From Actinomycetota bacterium (GTDB lineage: Bacteria > Actinomycetota > Geothermincolia > Geothermincolales > RBG-13-55-18), in NCBI GenBank assembly GCA_015711955.1, contig MU158684.1, forward strand, positions 11,815 through 75,814: a stretch of DNA of 64,000 nt, written 5' to 3'. The notes beneath the pieces were generated by a model. That model ran no database searches and was not told the DNA's origin. It saw nothing but the letters and a program-made list of their open reading frames with translations. Each line of letters begins with the position of its first letter. Position 1 is the first letter of the stretch. Below are positions 59,513 through 64,000 of the stretch, in pieces. Made by a program: the position numbers and the translations under genes.

Positions 59513-60121
59513 CTAAAGGTTCGAAGGCCTTCTGCGATCGGTCATTCCGTATATCAAGAAAGTGGCCACATTTCGCGCGATCTTAGCGATGTCGGTATCG
59601 TTCTTGTAAAAAAAGTAGATGAGGGCTATGTGTTGGGGTACCCCAGCGATCACCGTGGCGGCGATATCGAGGTCCATGGATTTGAAGAGCCCCTTTTCTA
59701 TGCCCTTTTTCAGGATTTCTTTGACGAACTCCCCCAGTTTCTCCTGCCACCTTATTACCATGAAGTCTATCTCCGGGTTGACCCTCATGACTTCCCGTAG
59801 GTAGATGGCCGCGAAGTCCAGGTTCTCCAAGAAGAAGCGGTAGAGCCTTTCGAAGGTCTCGGCGGTCTTGGCGTGGAACTCCTTGAGGGTAGTGGGCTGC
59901 CCTGCCAGCGATTCGCTGGCGATGCTGTAAAGCTGGTCCAGGATGCTCTGAAGCAGTTCCACGTAAAGGTCTTTCTTGCTGTCGAAATAGCTGTAAAAGG
60001 TGGCCCTGGCCACGCCGGATTCCCGAAGGATGTCCTCCACGGTGGTCTTTTGGAATCCCTTTTCGGCGAAGACCTTCTTGCCCGCCCTCAGTATGTCCTC
60101 TCTCCGGCTCTTCCTGGGCAT
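59513..60121 (-). CDS. TetR-family transcriptional regulator
   Basis: N-terminal HTH ILRAGKKVFAEKGFQKTTVEDILRESGVARATFYSYF. Confidence 0.9.
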   Translation of the reverse strand: MPRKSRREDILRAGKKVFAEKGFQKTTVEDILRESGVARATFYSYFDSKKDLYVELLQSILDQLYSIASESLAGQPTTLKEFHAKTAETFERLYRFFLENLDFAAIYLREVMRVNPEIDFMVIRWQEKLGEFVKEILKKGIEKGLFKSMDLDIAATVIAGVPQHIALIYFFYKNDTDIAKIARNVATFLIYGMTDRRRPSNL

Positions 60122-60217
60122 CCTACACCTCCGCTGGATACTTTTGGTTTCCGAAGGGTAATATAAACGAATGTTTGAGGCAATAGTGTCTATAATTCTG
60201 TCCAGGAAACTAAATTA

Positions 60218-60245
60218 TGTCAAGGCTGATCATTAAGCCTTGACA
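60218..60245. promoter_or_regulatory. 10-bp perfect inverted repeat TGTCAAGGCT-N8-AGCCTTGACA between the divergent TetR and nth-like genes (operator candidate)
   Basis: Each arm carries TTGACA, reading outward on its own strand, so the arms could also be divergent -35 boxes. Confidence 0.5.
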
Positions 60246-60399
60246 AGGATCAGTGGTGACGTTTACTCCCAGGTCGCAAGGTCGGGGCAGAACCGGAAAC
60301 TCCTTCCATCAATGCACCCTTGGATAAAAGGCCTTATCATGATATGCGCTTATGAACGAGGATTTCAGGTAGGATGTGATCATCAACTGCGGTGAGGCA

Positions 60400-61173
60400 A
60401 TGAGGAGGTTGAGGGTGAGCATTCTTGTTAAGCCCTCTTCGATCTCTAATACGAGCGTCGCAGACGAGTCTGACCGCATGAGGGAGGACGAGCGGAGGAT
60501 GCTGGTGCTACAATGTTGGGAGAGATTGGAAGGCAAATACAAGATCCCGGAGAGGCCCAAGGCACCCCTCTTAGACGCCCTTTTTAGGGTGCTCCTTTCC
60601 CAGAACACCACCGACAGGAATTGCGACGTAGCGTTTTCTCGCCTCAAGGAACGTTTCCGCCAGTGGGAGGAGGCGGAAACCGCCTCCTTGGAGGATTTGG
60701 AGGAGGCCATCAGGCCCGCGGGCATGTCCAAGATAAGGGCCTCGAGGATCAAGGAGATCCTGGCTTTACTCAAGGAGACTCATAAATCGCTTGACTTGGA
60801 GTTTCTGAAGAAGCTCGACCCCGAAAGCGCGCTGGATTTCCTCCTGTCCCTCCCCGGCGTGGGCATCAAGAGCGCCAGCGTCCTACTCTTGTTCTATCTT
60901 GGTCATCCCTTTTTCCCAGTGGACACCCACGTTTACCGGGTGGGAAGAAGGTTGGGCGTGATACCTCTGCGTCTTGACGTGAAGAAGGCCCACGAGCACA
61001 TGAACCGGGTAGTGCCCGACGATCTGAAGTATCCTTTTCATATGGCCTTGGTGATGCACGGCCGCAGGGTATGTCGGGCTCGCAATCCGCGTTGCGGGGA
61101 GTGCGTTTTGGATGACATATGCCAGAAAGTGGGTCTCGGACTTGAAGACGGAAGAGCCGATCGGGAAGACTGA
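60400..61173 (+). CDS. nth: endonuclease III-family HhH-GPD DNA glycosylase with a [4Fe-4S] loop
   Basis: LLSQNTTD, HhH LPGVGIKSASVLL, PVDTHV, and the C-terminal CRARNPRCGECVLDDIC cluster. The start is uncertain (60376, 60400 or 60478). Confidence 0.8.
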   Translation: MRRLRVSILVKPSSISNTSVADESDRMREDERRMLVLQCWERLEGKYKIPERPKAPLLDALFRVLLSQNTTDRNCDVAFSRLKERFRQWEEAETASLEDLEEAIRPAGMSKIRASRIKEILALLKETHKSLDLEFLKKLDPESALDFLLSLPGVGIKSASVLLLFYLGHPFFPVDTHVYRVGRRLGVIPLRLDVKKAHEHMNRVVPDDLKYPFHMALVMHGRRVCRARNPRCGECVLDDICQKVGLGLEDGRADRED

Positions 61174-61174
61174 G

Positions 61175-62623
61175 ATGGGTCTGAAGGCGAGGTTCTTAAA
61201 AAGGGCGAAGCCGGTTTTTGGGGTCTTTTTGGCCCTATGCCTGGTGGCGTTGACCTTCCTTCCCCCACCCCTCTTGGCGACGGGGGCCAGCTCCGGAGTG
61301 GGTCCTGCTCAGTTGCAGGCCCTGAAAGCACAGGTGGAAAGGATAAGAGGGATCAGGGCGCCAGATTCGGTTAGGCTCCAGTACTTGTCCCGCTCGGGTC
61401 TTAGGGAAAAAGTCTTGGAAAACCTGCGCGAGGAAAAGAGCCAAAAGGAGCTGACGAGCGCGGAGGAGATCATGAAGATGCTCGGGTTGATCCCTCCGGA
61501 TCTGGACCTGGCCAAATTGCTGGTGGAGCTTTACACCGAGCAGGTAGGGGGTTTTTACGATTCGGAGGACGACGCCCTTTATCTCGTGGCAGATGCAGCG
61601 GAGATGAACGTGATGGATAGGCTGACTATGGCCCACGAGCTGGTCCATTTCCTGCAGGATCATCGCTTTCGGCTGGACCGGGCCCCTTTCAGCGACAAAG
61701 ATGAGGAGGTGGACGACGACCGCCTTTTCGCCGCTTCCTGCTTGGTGGAAGGGGATGCCATGCTCACTTCCCAGCTTTGGGCCCGGGATCACCTTTCACC
61801 CCATGAGTTAATGCAGCTTGGGGAGTTGAGCAGGAGAGTTCCCACCGACGTTCTTGACCGGGCTCCTCGATATGTAAGAGAATCCCTTCTCTTTCCCTAC
61901 CAGGGCGGTATGGAGTTCGTCGCTCGGCTTTACAGGAAAGGCGGTTTCGCGGCGGTGGACAGGGCCTTCGAGGACCCCCCCAGGTCCAGCGAGGAGGTCA
62001 TGCACCCCGACAAATATCTTTCGGGAGAAAGGCCGTTGGAGGTGGACATCCCTCCTTTGGGCTTGGAAGGCTGGGAGAAGGCCTACGAGAACGTGCTGGG
62101 GGAGTTCGACGTCTACCAGTTGTTCTCCCTTTTCATTCCCGACCATGAGGCTAAGAGAGCGGCTGAGGGATGGAACGGCAACCGCTATGCTTATTTCCGT
62201 GTCCCGGAGGGAGGACAAGTCCTGGCCTGCGTTTTCCTTTGGGACTCGGCGCTCGATGCGGAGGAGTTCATCGTGGCCTTTCAAAGTCATTTGGAAAGTA
62301 GGTTCGGCGGCCGCCTAAATCCCCGCGTGGACCAGGGTTGGAAGCTGGTGGAGGTGGGGGGCTACTTTTACGCTTGGGATTTGAAAGGCGAAAGGGCCCG
62401 ACTGATACAGACCAACTCGCACCAAGCCTTGGAGCAAGTCAAGTCGGCATTAGGGGGTACAGAGGGGGAGCCCTCGGGAGACGAGCGGGAGCCGGAGAAA
62501 ACACGAGATGTGAGTGGATGGCGGTTTACGGCGGTGGCGGCCCTTGTGGCCTCTTTGTTCGTGTTAGGACTTCTCCTCGCAGTTTTCATCTTGGTGTCCT
62601 ATCGTCGACGCCCAAAACCCTAG
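61175..62623 (+). CDS. putative extracytoplasmic HExxH zinc metalloprotease with an N-terminal signal/anchor and a C-terminal TM helix
   Basis: HELVHFLQDH motif, N-terminal VFGVFLALCLVALTFL, C-terminal AVAALVASLFVLGLLLAVFILV. The ATG at 61175 comes immediately after the nth stop. Confidence 0.6.
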   Translation: MGLKARFLKRAKPVFGVFLALCLVALTFLPPPLLATGASSGVGPAQLQALKAQVERIRGIRAPDSVRLQYLSRSGLREKVLENLREEKSQKELTSAEEIMKMLGLIPPDLDLAKLLVELYTEQVGGFYDSEDDALYLVADAAEMNVMDRLTMAHELVHFLQDHRFRLDRAPFSDKDEEVDDDRLFAASCLVEGDAMLTSQLWARDHLSPHELMQLGELSRRVPTDVLDRAPRYVRESLLFPYQGGMEFVARLYRKGGFAAVDRAFEDPPRSSEEVMHPDKYLSGERPLEVDIPPLGLEGWEKAYENVLGEFDVYQLFSLFIPDHEAKRAAEGWNGNRYAYFRVPEGGQVLACVFLWDSALDAEEFIVAFQSHLESRFGGRLNPRVDQGWKLVEVGGYFYAWDLKGERARLIQTNSHQALEQVKSALGGTEGEPSGDEREPEKTRDVSGWRFTAVAALVASLFVLGLLLAVFILVSYRRRPKP

Positions 62624-62929
62624 GCCTGACATTTCTTTCCACGCAAAGAACCGGCCCATTGTCACCGCAGGCCCTCGCACGGCCAACGTTGAAGCTCCGT
62701 AAAGTACCGTCCCGGGTTCCCTTCCGCGGATGTGTTGGGGCAACAGGTTGAGGGTTGTGGGTCAGGTAAGAACGGTCGGGCTGGGGTTTTTGTCAAATGT
62801 TTAGCCTTGCAAAACATATGAGCATGGACAATATAATACGTCAGTGGTGTGCGGGAACGGTAACCGTGGAAGTTCGTGGTTTGGGAAAGGAATAGTTAAA
62901 GCCACAAAGGGATAAGAGGGAGCCGAAAG

Positions 62930-64000
62930 ATGCTGTCCAGGGTTTTCGAATGGCTGGCCTCCCACAGTTTGAGGAGGCCGTGGTTGGTGGTAATGGTCCT
63001 CGCCGCCATCACCTTGGTGTTGGGAGCGGGGGCTTACCGTATCCGGCAGGAGTTCAGCTACAAGTCCATGCTTCCCCGGGATAAGGAATCGGTGAAAGTG
63101 ATGGAGGAAGCGGGGGAACTATTCGGTGGAACCTTAGAGGAGCAGGTGTTACTCGAAGGCGAACGGGTCCTGGCTGGCTCCACCCTGAGGAAGGTTGCGG
63201 GTTTTGAGGAGGTTTTGAGGGGCCGAGAAGACCTTTGGGGTGTTTTCGTGCGGGATGTGCGTACCCCCTTGGACGACATGGTTTACATCCCGGGAGGCGA
63301 TCTAGCCGCGGCCATTAGCGACGGTGCCCGAGGTGATTACCTGCTGGACAAGCTGGACGGGATGGGCAATGACGAATTGGAGAAGCAGGTCAGGCTGAAC
63401 ATGGAGCTCAACGCATTGCGGTCCTCTCTCACCGGTTTCTCTCGACCGCTAAACATCTCCCTGATGGTCGTGCGCTTCTAATAAATGTCTCCCTGAATCC
63501 GGACCTGGACAGCCAAGAACAGATAAGGTTTGCCGACCCCTATGGGGAACTTGTGTTCCGGCACTTCGAGGAGCCCGGGATAGAGATCTTTCTCAGCGGT
63601 GCCGCCACCATGAGCAGGGACTCCAACCGTCGTGCAATGAAGGATACCCGGATCCTCTTCTTAATGGCCTTCCTGTTTATCCTCTTTGTCCTCTACTTAA
63701 CCTTCCGTAGCCTATCCGACGTGGTCATGACCGTCACGGTGATCCTCCTAACCGTGGTCTGGGTGGTAGGCCTTCAGGGGTGGCTGGGTTTCCCTTTCAC
63801 CTATCAGAGTTCGGGCATATTGCCGCTGCTGCTGGGCATCGACATAGCCTACGCCATCCACGTGCTTTCCAGGTATTACGAGGAAAGGAGGGAAGGGAAA
63901 GACGTTGCCTTTTCCGCCGATAGGTCAGTGGTGACGGTGGGCATGGCCGTCTTTCTAACCGCAGCCACCACTGCCTTCGGGTTCGCCTCCTTCGGAATCT
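62930..64000 (+). pseudogene. MMPL/RND-superfamily exporter, reading frame broken at 63479 by a 32-bp repeat-bounded insertion; continues off the window
   Basis: The N-terminal ORF 62930..63481 encodes a TM helix plus a periplasmic loop. From 63484 a different frame reads NVSLNPDLDSQEQIRFADPY...ILFLMAFLFILFVLYLTFRSL...LLLGIDIAYAIHVLSRYYEE, typical MMPL TM2-6. Deleting 32 nt restores one continuous frame. Confidence 0.6.

Overview
This window is visibly GC-rich and densely coding. The gene content looks like a strictly anaerobic, Gram-positive-type bacterium; I cannot assign a lineage from the sequence alone. I can support about 55 protein genes and one tRNA-Asn(GUU). I found no rRNA, CRISPR array, transposase or prophage.

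Much of the window is core housekeeping:
- uppS, a Ski2-like helicase (HelY type), glyQ-glyS and ppdK
- the dgt-dnaG-rpoD macromolecular-synthesis cluster
- ftsH and carA-carB

The rest is signalling genes (a stand-alone receiver, a fused double histidine kinase, an output-less PAS/GAF protein, a degenerate HD-GYP, GAF-ANTAR, TetR) and several accessory clusters.

The most interesting items are:
1. A peroxiredoxin whose peroxidatic Cys codon is an in-frame TGA, followed by a SECIS-like hairpin. This is a selenoprotein that the ORF track splits into two ORFs. It lies in an anaerobe oxidative-stress island with an orphan EncFtn-like ferritin, desulfoferrodoxin and rubrerythrin. An ISF-like flavoprotein and a TrxB-like reductase lie further upstream in the window.
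2. A four-gene minus-strand operon encoding NuoE-like, NuoF-like (HydB/BfuB architecture), a small 2Fe-2S/4Fe-4S protein, and a stand-alone glutamate-synthase FMN-domain protein. I read this as a candidate uncharacterised flavin-based electron-bifurcating type oxidoreductase. It has a promoter plus a terminator-containing leader, and a GAF-ANTAR antiterminator gene lies next to it.
3. Several unexplained DNA-level signals: three 19-20 bp iterons, a pair of 34-bp direct repeats, operator-like palindromes, short perfect tandem micro-duplications, and an MMPL transporter gene broken by a 32-bp repeat-bounded insertion.

All functional calls come from reading the translated ORFs and recognising motifs. 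No database search was run.
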